This document shows positions 7,321 to 15,823 of a DNA stretch of 20,000 nucleotides, piece by piece. The notes beneath the pieces are model-generated. The model was given only the letters and a program-made list of their open reading frames with translations. It was not told the origin of the DNA and did not search any database. The position numbers and the translations under genes are program-made. The stretch lies in the IMG/VR virus record IMGVR_UViG_3300010885_038586, one strand, 5' to 3'. This DNA comes from an uncultured virus (IMG/VR IMGVR_UViG_3300010885_038586) (lineage: Duplodnaviria > Heunggongvirae > Uroviricota > Caudoviricetes). Position 1 is the first letter of the stretch; each line of letters begins with the position of its first letter.

Positions 7321-8499
7321 TTAGTAGGCAGGGCACTGGGTGCGTGACACGTTCGGGCAGCGCAGGAAGCGAACCACGTAACCGTATTGCACCTTGCGGG
7401 GCTTGTAGGCGGCGTAGAGGCGAGCGGCGAAGAAGCCGATGTCTCCGTAGGGGTTGTCGCTCTTGTTCTGGATGTTGAGCCAGACCACGTCACCGTTGAA
7501 GCTCACTGCCTTGGCGCTGGAGCCTGAGCCAAAGCTGGTGGTGGGTTTCGGCACCTGGCGAGTCATCACGTCGGGGCTGAAGATGTAGAGGTCTTCAAAC
7601 TGCGCGGCGAGGTAGTCGGGGTTGATGTCCGCTTCGTTGCCGATGGTGGTAGCCACGTTGGCATAGAAAGGGCGGTTGACCCAAGCGCCGTTGACGAAGT
7701 CCCAGCGAGGCATACGCTGGTCGATGATGTGGTGGTAGCCACCGTATTCGCGGTCGATGCCCCAGGACTGGAGCAGGACAGCACCATCGGACTTGCCGGA
7801 GTCAGCCCAGCGGAAGTCGTTGCGGATGCTGTCATCGCCTTTGATGATGGTGCGGTGAGCCTCTTGAGAGAGGATCAGCGGCAGGATCGGGGCACCCTGA
7901 CGCTTGGCGTAGGCGGACTCTTGACCGGCACCATCTTGCGTGGCGCGGTTGTAGAGTGTGTCGAGCAGTCCCTGATTGATGGTGCTGGTCGCCACCGTGG
8001 CGGGCATCGTGGTGCCGTTGGTCGCCTCGGTGAGCGAGGCGTTGAACACGATCTTGTGACCGGCCCACTGGGTGAACAGGGCTTTGTCCTGCAAGTCCCA
8101 AAGGTCTTTGATGTTAGCCACGAAGTTGTCGCGGTCAGTCTTCAACTGGTCGCGGGCGTCGTAGGCGGCAGCCAGATCGCGGAAGCAGATGTCCTCCGAA
8201 TACACGGAAGTCTGGAAAGCCGAGTAGCTGATCTGCGTGCGGGCAGGGCTGACGATGGTGGGTGTAGGAACGCAGTTGTTGCCGGTGCCATCAGGCGTGC
8301 TGACGGGCACCCAACCACCACCGACGCCGGTGGAACGCTTGGTGATCACCGTGGAGAAGTTGAAGCCCATGCCGTCGGGCAGGACATCCTTCTTAACGAG
8401 TGCGGAGATGCGGCCTTCAGTGCGAAGGATTTGGTCGATCTTGCCCTGGATACGGGTAGCGTCGGACGCGAAGTATTGATTGAGAGTTGGAGCAGCCAT
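7321..8499 (-). CDS. Putative major capsid protein
   Basis: 392 aa; lies after portal and scaffold; has its own promoter and terminator; strongly C-ending codons suggest high expression. The HK97 fold is inferred, not verified. Confidence 0.72.
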   Translation of the reverse strand: MAAPTLNQYFASDATRIQGKIDQILRTEGRISALVKKDVLPDGMGFNFSTVITKRSTGVGGGWVPVSTPDGTGNNCVPTPTIVSPARTQISYSAFQTSVYSEDICFRDLAAAYDARDQLKTDRDNFVANIKDLWDLQDKALFTQWAGHKIVFNASLTEATNGTTMPATVATSTINQGLLDTLYNRATQDGAGQESAYAKRQGAPILPLILSQEAHRTIIKGDDSIRNDFRWADSGKSDGAVLLQSWGIDREYGGYHHIIDQRMPRWDFVNGAWVNRPFYANVATTIGNEADINPDYLAAQFEDLYIFSPDVMTRQVPKPTTSFGSGSSAKAVSFNGDVVWLNIQNKSDNPYGDIGFFAARLYAAYKPRKVQYGYVVRFLRCPNVSRTQCPAY

Positions 8500-8671
8500 G
8501 GTCGTAGAAAAGTTGAGGGGTGGTTTGCCTGCTCAACGACCGGTGGATTCGTCCCCGATGACGCGAAGCAAGCGAGTTGCTTTGTGTCAGGGGAGGTGGC
8601 CTGGCGTAGTTTACGCTCCGATTCTAACCGTGATGTCCGTGAAGGGCGGACGCTTTTTACTCTTCAATAAG

Positions 8672-8703
8672 GAGTATGATATATACTCTCTATAACGTGT
8701 CAA
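8672..8703 (-). promoter_or_regulatory. Sigma70-like promoter of the capsid gene with overlapping inverted repeat
   Basis: TTGACA (8703-8698), 16 nt, TATCAT (8681-8676); GAGTAT-N5-ATACTC (8672-8688) overlaps the -10 box. Confidence 0.65.
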
Positions 8704-8705
8704 AC

Positions 8706-8743
8706 AAAAAAAAATCGCTGGAGCTTGTGGGCAACCAGCGATT
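8706..8743 (-). terminator. Rho-independent terminator after the scaffold gene
   Basis: Arms AATCGCTGG/CCAGCGATT (8713-8721, 8735-8743) followed on the minus strand by a long T-run. Confidence 0.85.
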
Positions 8744-8762
8744 CAGGGCATAGGGCGAAAGT

Positions 8763-9977
8763 TTACCGACCTTTCATGCCGCGCAGAGCTTCGTTCAGCC
8801 CCTCTTCGTCCAGTTCCGTGTCGTCGGCACTGGCAGGCTTGCCGATTGGCGCGGTGCTGGGGGTGACGCTGGCACGAGTGCCTAGCAGCGCCAGCTTGGC
8901 TTTCTTCTCGGCGGCAGCTTCGTCGCGAGCAGCCAAGAACTTCTCCCACACTTTAGGCAGGATGGCTGCGGCCTGTGTCTCGTAGGCGCGGTCGGCTGGA
9001 TCGGTACTTGGTCGGGCGGCTTTCACCTCCTTGGCAAACTCCTCGTCGCCGAACAGCGAAGACATCTTCTCCGCCAACTGCCCATAGACGTGATCGTGGT
9101 GCTTGGCGTACTCCGCCTCGGCGGCTTGGGCGGCGGCGGCTTTCTGCTGCTCGGTCTGATGACTCAGGCTGGCGAGGGTTTCCTGCGCATTGCGTTTCAG
9201 TTCTGTTGCCTTCGCGTAGATCGGATGCAGCTTGGCTGCCTCTTGCACGGCAGCATTGACAAGGTGCGCAGGCACAGGCGTCTCGGCGGCGTCGAACAGC
9301 GCAGTGATGGCATCGAGACGGTCGAACTCGTCCTCGATGTCGGTGGCCTCTTCGAGTTTGGTCGGGTCCACCTTCGCACGCTCTGCGATCTTGGACAGGG
9401 TGGCCAGTGAGCGTTGCACCGGAGCAGTGACCACGTTCTTCCACTCGTCGGACTTCTGTAACTCCTGCGCCTTCTCCCACGCCTCAAGACGTTTGAGCTT
9501 CTCCACCGTTTCGGGGCGATCCTTGGGGTTAGCGGTAGCAGCTTGCAGCTTGCGCTCCAGTTCCTCGGCTTTGAGCAGTGCGGTCTTGGCCTGCTCCTCG
9601 GCACGTTTCTTGACCTGGCGCATCGCGACGAAGGCGTCCTGCTGTTCCTTCTTCCACTTGGTGATGTCCACCTCGGGTTCAGCGAGGGCGGCGTCCGGCT
9701 TCTTGTCACCGTCCTTTTTCTCCTCGGGTTTCTTTTCACCGGCGAGAGCAGCCAAGCCTTTTTTCTTTTCGGCAGGCGCGGTGCCTTCGTCGGGTTTCTT
9801 TTCCTCCGCTGCGGAGGTAGCAGGTTCTGCCGGTTTCGGCGACTCAACGGCGGGCGTGGGCAGCGGGGCAGCCTCGCTGACGGGTTGGCCGATGGTAGGC
9901 GCATCGGCGGCGATGGCGGCGGAGAGAGCGCCCATGTCAAGATCGACATCGGCGGGGGCGGGGTTGTTAGGGTCCAT
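8763..9977 (-). CDS. Putative capsid scaffolding protein
   Basis: 404 aa, rich in A/E/K/P, with a disordered N-terminus and coiled coils; directly upstream of the capsid gene. Confidence 0.7.
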   Translation of the reverse strand: MDPNNPAPADVDLDMGALSAAIAADAPTIGQPVSEAAPLPTPAVESPKPAEPATSAAEEKKPDEGTAPAEKKKGLAALAGEKKPEEKKDGDKKPDAALAEPEVDITKWKKEQQDAFVAMRQVKKRAEEQAKTALLKAEELERKLQAATANPKDRPETVEKLKRLEAWEKAQELQKSDEWKNVVTAPVQRSLATLSKIAERAKVDPTKLEEATDIEDEFDRLDAITALFDAAETPVPAHLVNAAVQEAAKLHPIYAKATELKRNAQETLASLSHQTEQQKAAAAQAAEAEYAKHHDHVYGQLAEKMSSLFGDEEFAKEVKAARPSTDPADRAYETQAAAILPKVWEKFLAARDEAAAEKKAKLALLGTRASVTPSTAPIGKPASADDTELDEEGLNEALRGMKGR

Positions 9978-9990
9978 AAAGATTCAAGCC

Positions 9991-10353
9991 TTACTTGCGC
10001 TGACTCGGCGGGCGTGGGTCTGAGTACTCAGGGGGCAGCGCGGCAGAGAACTGGTCGGGCATGCCCTGCGGGTCAGTCTCCAGTAGGTGCTTGCCGGTGG
10101 GAGCACACATGGCTGCCAAGGTGTTGAGCACTTGCTGGTGCCCCCGCTTCGTGCAGAACTCCCGTGCTACCACAGAGTCGGGGTGCAGGCCGGGGATAGG
10201 TTCAGGCGTGTGGAACTGTGTGACATTCTGAGCGATGGCGGCGAGCGCGGCGGCGATGCCAGGCTGCTTCAACTCTTCTGTCAGTGCTTCACGGAGGACG
10301 TGGGAACTGCGGAACTTGTCAATTTCTGGTCCTCGGAGGATGGCGGCGTTCAT
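9991..10353 (-). CDS. Hypothetical 120-aa head-module protein
   Basis: ATGA overlap with the portal stop; occupies the small-gene position between portal and scaffold. Confidence 0.7.
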   Translation of the reverse strand: MNAAILRGPEIDKFRSSHVLREALTEELKQPGIAAALAAIAQNVTQFHTPEPIPGLHPDSVVAREFCTKRGHQQVLNTLAAMCAPTGKHLLETDPQGMPDQFSAALPPEYSDPRPPSQRK

Positions 10354-12650
10354 GCTATCGGTGTGGGTGTTTGCTTAACTTGCTGCTGGGCCGCAGCGTG
10401 CTGGAGCTTCTGTGCGGCGAGGGCGTCATTGATGAGCAGTTTCTGATCTGCTGCTTTCTTCTGGATCTCCATCTTGGTGGCGTGCTCCTCGGCCTGCATG
10501 GCCAGGCGCGCACGGGCGTCCACGGCTTGACCAAACACGCCGGGCGGCGTCTCGCTGGTGTCGGGCGCAGGTTGCCCCTTGGCGGCGGCTTCTTGCTCTT
10601 TGCGCTGATCGGCCTCCAAGTGCTTGGCACCGTTGGTGATGACTTCGTTGAGTTGCTGCAACGCCTGCTTAGCCATGCGGTATGGCTCGTTTTCCACGTC
10701 GATGAACTTCATGTGCTCCTCGCAATGAGCCGAGGCTTTTTGCATCACCGGGATGGCATCTTTCAATTCCATCTGCACCTGCGCGAGAGCGTCGTCGTAG
10801 GCTTGCAGCAGTTCAAGGTGGGTGGTGACGTGGACGATGTGGTTCTGGTTGGCCACCACCACGGCGTCTCCACCGAGCTTGAGGATTTGGTTCTCGTCGT
10901 TGGCGATCTGCTTGTCGATTGGCGGACGCTGACCTGCTTGGCGTGGCACCAGTGTCAGAGCGTAGCGGTAGTCCGTCTGCGCGGCGATGGTGTCGCGGGT
11001 GAGGATGTTCTGCCCCTCGGGATCAAGACGACCATAGATCATCTCGTTGAGGTTGTTGAGCACTGTCCGGCGCTCGGCGGATGACCCGCGACCGATGCCC
11101 GTGTTGGTGCTGATGTTGTCGTAGTCGAGTTGCTGGAGTAGCTCGAACGGGATGCCCAGTTCTTCGCAACGGTGACGGAACCCAAAGGCTTCGGCACCGC
11201 CCGGCATCTCCTCGGTCAGGTTGGGGTTGATGACGCGCTTAACGATCTCGCGGTAGTCCCAGGCCCATGCCTCAATGAACATGTCCATTGAGTCGCTGGT
11301 GAGGGAGGAGTCCATCTCATCCTTGCGCTGAAGCTCATACTTCGTCTTTTGCCCCTGCTCGGCTTGCGAGGTGGAACGCGGAGCCATGCCGGAGGACTGC
11401 GCACGGAACACCTCGGACATTGTCTGAATGGCCGGGACCAAACTGCCTGCGACTGCCGGGGTGGCGCGCTCCACGAAGTTGACGCCGGTGGTCAGTTGGA
11501 AGTAAGGACCACGCGGGACGATCATGTTGTCGATGGTGGCGTCCTCGTTGTCGGTGGCGAGGAAGGTGTTAGCTTCGTCGTTGGCCTTGTCGATGAACTT
11601 GCAGCGCAGCTTGTTCAGCGCAGAGGCCGAAGGGAACAGGTTGAAGGCGTTGCCGCGAATGCTGTGAATGTCGCCATTGGTGCCGACGCCAAAGAGGTAG
11701 GCGTTGATGAACTCCGACATGTTGGCGTACTTGCCTTTCTTCTCGTAGAGGAACTCGGCGTCGTCGGCGTTGAGCAGGTAGTCCGCGATGTAGTGGCTGA
11801 CGGTGCCATCCATCTCTTTGACGAATCCGTGGACCACTTGCACCACGACGTTGGTGTTGCCACTGAACACCGAGTTGTCTTTCCACATCGCCTCCATCTC
11901 CTCGGGCGACTGAGTATTGAGCGGCTTGGGTTGCGCGTTAGTACAGGAACGGCGGATCGCTGCTTCATTCCACCCAGCCAACTTGCCCATCTCAGGGTCT
12001 TGGATTTTGCGGAACAGGTCAGACGGCGGCATGTCCGCCTTGAGGAAAATGCGATCCACCTCGTTGACGCTGGCCTGCGTGCCGCGAGGGATCTTCACGT
12101 CTTGCAGCGAAGACACTCTCCAGCGCCAGTCGAGTTCGTCGTCGCGGTAGGTGAAGGCCACGCCCCACATGGTGAAGAAGTGAGCTGCCATCTTCCAGCG
12201 GAAACGGAAGTCGCGCCAGCGGGTGATCATGCGGTGCAGTTCTTCTGCGACCACGATTTCTTTCTCCTCCAACTCCGCGTCAGTGAGCAGCCCGGCTTTG
12301 CGCACGCTGTTCTTGAACGGCACGATGCCGAAGTGCGCCATCGAGTTGAGGATCGAGTTGTAAGGCTTTTCGGCCTCCTGTTGGGCGATGCCGAGGTCGC
12401 CCCAGTTGACGTTGGTAATGCCGGTGATGCCGAGCGCCCGCAAGGCGGAGTCGCTGTACGGCGGCTGTCGGTCAGCCATGGACTGCACCACTGCGCGGTC
12501 GCGGCTGGCAATGTAGTCCTCGTTAAAGAGGGTCTGCCATTGGCTCACCACGTCGGCTGCGCGTTTGATGCGGGTGGACGCGGTTACGTCCGGCACCGAG
12601 GCAGGCATCTTCTCAGTGGGGAGTTTGGCAAGGAGCGTGAGACTGGACAT
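10350..12650 (-). CDS. Putative portal (head-tail connector) protein
   Basis: 766 aa, first gene of the head operon, with a Gln/Ala-rich C-terminal coiled coil reminiscent of P22-type portal barrels. Call is based on synteny. Confidence 0.65.
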   Translation of the reverse strand: MSSLTLLAKLPTEKMPASVPDVTASTRIKRAADVVSQWQTLFNEDYIASRDRAVVQSMADRQPPYSDSALRALGITGITNVNWGDLGIAQQEAEKPYNSILNSMAHFGIVPFKNSVRKAGLLTDAELEEKEIVVAEELHRMITRWRDFRFRWKMAAHFFTMWGVAFTYRDDELDWRWRVSSLQDVKIPRGTQASVNEVDRIFLKADMPPSDLFRKIQDPEMGKLAGWNEAAIRRSCTNAQPKPLNTQSPEEMEAMWKDNSVFSGNTNVVVQVVHGFVKEMDGTVSHYIADYLLNADDAEFLYEKKGKYANMSEFINAYLFGVGTNGDIHSIRGNAFNLFPSASALNKLRCKFIDKANDEANTFLATDNEDATIDNMIVPRGPYFQLTTGVNFVERATPAVAGSLVPAIQTMSEVFRAQSSGMAPRSTSQAEQGQKTKYELQRKDEMDSSLTSDSMDMFIEAWAWDYREIVKRVINPNLTEEMPGGAEAFGFRHRCEELGIPFELLQQLDYDNISTNTGIGRGSSAERRTVLNNLNEMIYGRLDPEGQNILTRDTIAAQTDYRYALTLVPRQAGQRPPIDKQIANDENQILKLGGDAVVVANQNHIVHVTTHLELLQAYDDALAQVQMELKDAIPVMQKASAHCEEHMKFIDVENEPYRMAKQALQQLNEVITNGAKHLEADQRKEQEAAAKGQPAPDTSETPPGVFGQAVDARARLAMQAEEHATKMEIQKKAADQKLLINDALAAQKLQHAAAQQQVKQTPTPIA

Positions 12651-12696
12651 ATTGCCGGAGACAAAAGCCTACATTGCCCATCAGCGCAATAGACTA

Positions 12697-12732
12697 TTGA
12701 CCCATGATGGCATGCAGTTTATAACAGGTCAA
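12697..12732. promoter_or_regulatory. Overlapping divergent sigma70-like promoters
   Basis: Plus: TTGACC (12697-12702), 17 nt, TATAAC (12720-12725), 6 nt before ATG 12732. Minus: TTGACC (12732-12727), 17 nt, CATCAT (12709-12704), toward the portal. Confidence 0.6.
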
Positions 12733-13100
12733 TGGTAAAATTTAACGATGCCTCCCCTCAATACCGGAACCAGATCATCAAAAAGGGTCTGGGCGTCTGT
12801 CCTACGTGCGGCGGTAAACCTTCGCCCCGTTCGCCGAAGCGTGGTTACTGCGAAAAGCACATTGAAGCGCGTGCCGCCTGGAAACGACGCAACCTTGGGT
12901 GCAAACGTAGGTTCACGCCCAAGGCTGTGTGGTTGTCGCTGGATTGGACGCTCGGCCCAAAGCTGGTGGCTGCGATGCTGGCTGTCAGCGTGCAGACGGT
13001 GAAGAAGAAATACAAGGGACTGGCCGCGACCGGCAAGATCAGACCGGTGCCAGGGTTTCTGCCGGGGCGGAAGAAGCGGCGTCAGCCCCAGAAGTCTTGA
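12732..13100 (+). CDS. Basic Zn-finger plus HTH protein, putative regulator
   Basis: CPTCG...YCEKH (CxxC...CxxH) followed by HTH-like LDWTLGPKLVAAMLAVSVQTVKK; has its own promoter; the only convincing plus-strand gene. Confidence 0.7.
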   Translation: MVKFNDASPQYRNQIIKKGLGVCPTCGGKPSPRSPKRGYCEKHIEARAAWKRRNLGCKRRFTPKAVWLSLDWTLGPKLVAAMLAVSVQTVKKKYKGLAATGKIRPVPGFLPGRKKRRQPQKS

Positions 13101-13531
13101 TCGTCGAACGGGGGTGGGGTGAAGACCACGACCGCATTCGGGAAAGGGGCCGAGTTTGAATGTCCTCCAAATTTTAGCCTCCCCCGCAAGAAAGTAATTT
13201 GACCCTTCATCGCATAGTCATGCCACCACGCGGTGTCGGTACGAGCCGGGACCAAACACACTACCAGTGCTCCTTGCTGACTCTCTTCGTACGCTTTGCG
13301 CATCCACGCGGCGATGGTGCGCCCATAAGGAGGGTTCATCCAACACTTCCCCCCCCATGGCTGCTTCAGCCCATCATGCTCTTGGTCAAAGTACCTGGAC
13401 ACTTTGGCATTCTCGAAAGAAGCGCACACGTCCAAATCGAAAGGACCATACTGCTCTGACATCTTGCGGAAAAAGTCTTGTGGCGTCGGCCAGTCGTCAG
13501 AAGCACTGGAGAAGTGGACTGCCGTTTTTAT
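13082..13531 (-). CDS. Phage Dam-family DNA N6-adenine methyltransferase
   Basis: HFSS..DDWPTP, FDLDVCAS, DGLKQPW, WMNPPYG, LVPARTDTAWWH, FLRGRLKF, SAPFP. Probable start is ATA at 13531 rather than the track's 13756. Confidence 0.9.
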   Translation of the reverse strand: MKTAVHFSSASDDWPTPQDFFRKMSEQYGPFDLDVCASFENAKVSRYFDQEHDGLKQPWGGKCWMNPPYGRTIAAWMRKAYEESQQGALVVCLVPARTDTAWWHDYAMKGQITFLRGRLKFGGHSNSAPFPNAVVVFTPPPFDDQDFWG

Positions 13532-13830
13532 GGTGCCACCTCCGTCGAGAAGTTCCCTGCCGCGCCCATCCGGCTGAACCGCTGGACGATGTTCCAGTCC
13601 AGGTCGGCGAACGCCACCTCGTTGTCGTCGATGAAGTCCCACGCGGTGGTGTAGTTGCGCTGGGTGGGATTCTTGCAGAAGCGCAGCATCCGCCGCTGGG
13701 CTTCGATGCGCACACGCTGTTCGTGCGTCGTGGTGACGGACAGATAGACCTCCCACGATCCCCAGCAGAACAAGATCAGCAGGGCGGAGGTAATGAGCAG
13801 CCGGACGGTGGTGTAGTGGTCGAGGTTCAT
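13528..13830 (-). CDS. Hypothetical membrane protein, 100 aa
   Basis: ATG 13830 (MNLDHYTTVRLLITSALLILFCWG) in an ATGA overlap with the upstream stop; one TM segment. Confidence 0.7.
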   Translation of the reverse strand: MNLDHYTTVRLLITSALLILFCWGSWEVYLSVTTTHEQRVRIEAQRRMLRFCKNPTQRNYTTAWDFIDDNEVAFADLDWNIVQRFSRMGAAGNFSTEVAP

Positions 13831-14111
13831 GGGAGTTTGATCAGGTCGCCGTGTGCATCGACAAAGGCAACTCGCGGAATTGCATTGGTGCAAAGAGAAT
13901 GGACCCATGCGGCTCCTAGGGGAGTGGTTCGATAGACTGGAGGTTCGCCGACGGCGCAGTACTCGTCCCACGTTTCGATGGCTCCCCACCCTTTCAGTTT
14001 CTCCGCTGATTCCCGCGCCACTTCGCTGTCGGGTTCGTATGGGGTGTTGGAGCAGTGGCAGTGAAGTAGGAAGCGGATGGCTGCGGGGCAGCCGAGGATG
14101 GGAGGGTTCAT
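13827..14111 (-). CDS. Hypothetical protein, 94 aa
   Basis: ATGA overlaps at both ends. Confidence 0.7.
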   Translation of the reverse strand: MNPPILGCPAAIRFLLHCHCSNTPYEPDSEVARESAEKLKGWGAIETWDEYCAVGEPPVYRTTPLGAAWVHSLCTNAIPRVAFVDAHGDLIKLP

Positions 14112-14443
14112 GGAAGTGGAGGTAGTGGGCAGTAATGGGTGACGCGCTCAAGCACATCCTCGTGGACGGGCACCTGGCGACTGGTGATGATCACGAACGG
14201 GAATGCCACGTTGTCGCCGCCGACGAACAGCGCGACGTACTCATGCTTGTCCCAGATGTGCTCGTCGTCGCCCTCGGTGGGTATCCAGCGGAACTCCGTC
14301 TTGCGCCGGATCAGTCTGAACGGGTTGAACTTCTGGGCGTAGTGCTTCCACCACGGGGTCAGGTCGGTGGAGTATCCATCCTCGATCAGTGAGGCCGGGG
14401 TGCCGCCGCAAGCGGGGCAGGAGGGTGAGGGTGGGAGGTTCAT
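14108..14443 (-). CDS. DUF551-like phage protein
   Basis: RWIP...VTHYCPLPPLP resembles the WI...VTHWMPLPEPP signature; N-terminal CPAC; ATGA overlaps. Confidence 0.6.
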   Translation of the reverse strand: MNLPPSPSCPACGGTPASLIEDGYSTDLTPWWKHYAQKFNPFRLIRRKTEFRWIPTEGDDEHIWDKHEYVALFVGGDNVAFPFVIITSRQVPVHEDVLERVTHYCPLPPLP

Positions 14444-14634
14444 TGTTTGTGTTTCTTCAGTAGTTTGATTTCCACGCGCACCAGTCTATCGCCTGCTGCC
14501 GCACATTGCTCCCAAGGCACGCCTGCAAAGGCTTCGTGATGCATGATTGTTTCTCGCTTAGTGCGCCCGTTACTGGCCGAGTACACTCCTTCGGGATACA
14601 CGGCCATCCATTGTTTTAGGGTAGTTAGTTTCAC
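14440..14634 (-). CDS. Hypothetical protein, 64 aa
   Basis: GTG 14634 in a GTGA overlap with the upstream stop; ATGA overlap downstream. Confidence 0.6.
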   Translation of the reverse strand: MKLTTLKQWMAVYPEGVYSASNGRTKRETIMHHEAFAGVPWEQCAAAGDRLVRVEIKLLKKHKQ

Positions 14635-15113
14635 GCCGGTTGCAGTTGTTGGTTCAAAACTTCTTCCAGCTTCACCCGTGCGGCGACCATCTGACTGAGC
14701 CAGCCAGGCTTCTGCACTGCCGGGTGAATGCACTCGATGGTGGGCGGCAGCGGGGTCTGTGGCTGCTTCTTGGCACGCTGCATGTCGCGCAGCGCCTCCT
14801 TGGCCGAGGTGCCGAACGTGATGATCGCGTCAGGGCGGAAGCGCCCGATCACACCTTTGACGTGCTCGACGTTATAGGGTGGTCGGCCTCCACTGTTGCC
14901 GGTGACAACGGTGGAGGCGTTCTCGAAGGTCCACTGGTGCTCTTTGAGCGACTCGCCGAACACCGTCAGAATGCGACGACCGGTGAGGCAACCGCTGGCG
15001 AACAGCAGCCGGGCGACCACCTCGTGCCGACGATCACGGTTGCGGTCGAGTAGGTCGTGGACTCGTTGCGGGTCTTTAGCCCAGGTGTTTTGCAGGATGG
15101 CGAGGATTTTCAT
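14631..15113 (-). CDS. Uracil-DNA-glycosylase-superfamily-like protein
   Basis: RPDAIITFGTSA and C-terminal HPA motifs, plus TGRRI and FENA, resemble the UDG-like fold; the canonical N-terminal catalytic motif is not evident. Confidence 0.5.
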   Translation of the reverse strand: MKILAILQNTWAKDPQRVHDLLDRNRDRRHEVVARLLFASGCLTGRRILTVFGESLKEHQWTFENASTVVTGNSGGRPPYNVEHVKGVIGRFRPDAIITFGTSAKEALRDMQRAKKQPQTPLPPTIECIHPAVQKPGWLSQMVAARVKLEEVLNQQLQPA

Positions 15114-15196
15114 ACGTCGGTGCTGCTGAAGATGTCGATGGCCAGTGCCAGCGCAAAGACGACCACGAAGATAAAGATGGCGTGCTCAGCGGTCAT
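15110..15196 (-). CDS. Unannotated 28-aa single-TM peptide
   Basis: MTAEHAIFIFVVVFALALAIDIFSSTDV; ATGA overlaps at both ends fill the gap exactly. Confidence 0.7.
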   Translation of the reverse strand: MTAEHAIFIFVVVFALALAIDIFSSTDV

Positions 15197-15405
15197 GGGG
15201 TGACAAGGGTGAGACAGTCTTCGTGAAACGTGTCACGGACAGGTTCGTACGATGCGGTGAACCACAAACACTGCACGTCTTTCTCCAAGCACTGCTCGAC
15301 GGTCATGTGGGTTCTTGCGCCGTTTAGGCGCACCACGTCGCCTCGTTTGAAGCGCGGCGGTTGGATCGTTTCGGGGAACATATCGGGTATGGCTTCGTTG
15401 CTCAT
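15193..15405 (-). CDS. YodC/DUF2158-family small protein
   Basis: FKRGDVVRL......MTV.......VQCLWF........F....L signature. Confidence 0.8.
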   Translation of the reverse strand: MSNEAIPDMFPETIQPPRFKRGDVVRLNGARTHMTVEQCLEKDVQCLWFTASYEPVRDTFHEDCLTLVTP

Positions 15406-15423
15406 GGGGGTATCTGGTCTAGG

Positions 15424-15444
15424 GTTGTGTAAATGTCAACAGTT
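15424..15444 (-). promoter_or_regulatory. 21-bp repeated promoter element, copy 1 (contains TTGACA)
   Basis: gttgtgtaaatgtcaacagtt is identical to 15796-15816; the -10 box is poor in this copy. Confidence 0.6.
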
Positions 15445-15491
15445 AATCTTTGCACTTGTGAAAAATTACTGAAGCGACTGGGCTGACTTCT

Positions 15492-15767
15492 TCACTTCTC
15501 TTTTTTCCTCTGACCATTGCGCTCGTCCCGCAGGCACCCGCACGACCTGGACTTGCCCGAGGTCAGCGCCGTGGCGTGGATTGCAGGTTTCTCCACGCCG
15601 CAGTTGCAGCGGCAGTGCCACCGGCTATGGCGGTTTTTGCCGTGCGGCGGTTTCGGCTCAGTGGTCAGGCCAAGGACGACCCAGCGGTGGAAGCGTTGAC
15701 CGGTGAGGTCTTTGAAGCAGGGGTGGCGTCCGCGTGGCGGGTCGGCTGGGGTGAGGAGGGAGGGCAT
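15492..15767 (-). CDS. Single zinc-ribbon (DLTGxRF..W / CxCxCG / SCGC) domain protein
   Basis: KDLTGQRFHRWVV...WHCRCNCG...LTSGKSRSCGCL, a domain commonly found N-terminal to phage HNH/AP2 endonucleases. Confidence 0.8.
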   Translation of the reverse strand: MPSLLTPADPPRGRHPCFKDLTGQRFHRWVVLGLTTEPKPPHGKNRHSRWHCRCNCGVEKPAIHATALTSGKSRSCGCLRDERNGQRKKEK

Positions 15768-15782
15768 AGCGTGAGGCGTGGG

Positions 15783-15816
15783 AGGATATTCCCGTGTTGT
15801 GTAAATGTCAACAGTT
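15783..15816 (-). promoter_or_regulatory. Sigma70-like promoter, 21-bp repeat copy 2
   Basis: TTGACA (15811-15806), 17 nt, TATCCT (15788-15783). Confidence 0.7.
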
Positions 15817-15823
15817 GATGTTG

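Noticed and set aside
7293..7493. Alternative-frame ORF over the capsid 3' end as a T7-like frameshift extension
   Set aside because: No clear slippery sequence; it would extend only ~28 nt past the stop, and a terminator follows.
11349..12692. Long plus-strand ORFs (447 aa here; also 7729..8670, 9232..10023, 10284..11084)
   Set aside because: Antisense shadows of GC-rich, codon-biased structural genes, with no motifs.
13532..13756. N-terminal extension of the Dam ORF, and likewise 16430..16786 of the C5 MTase ORF, read as domain fusions
   Set aside because: The extensions are Arg/His/Pro-rich off-frame readings that overlap better-supported upstream genes.
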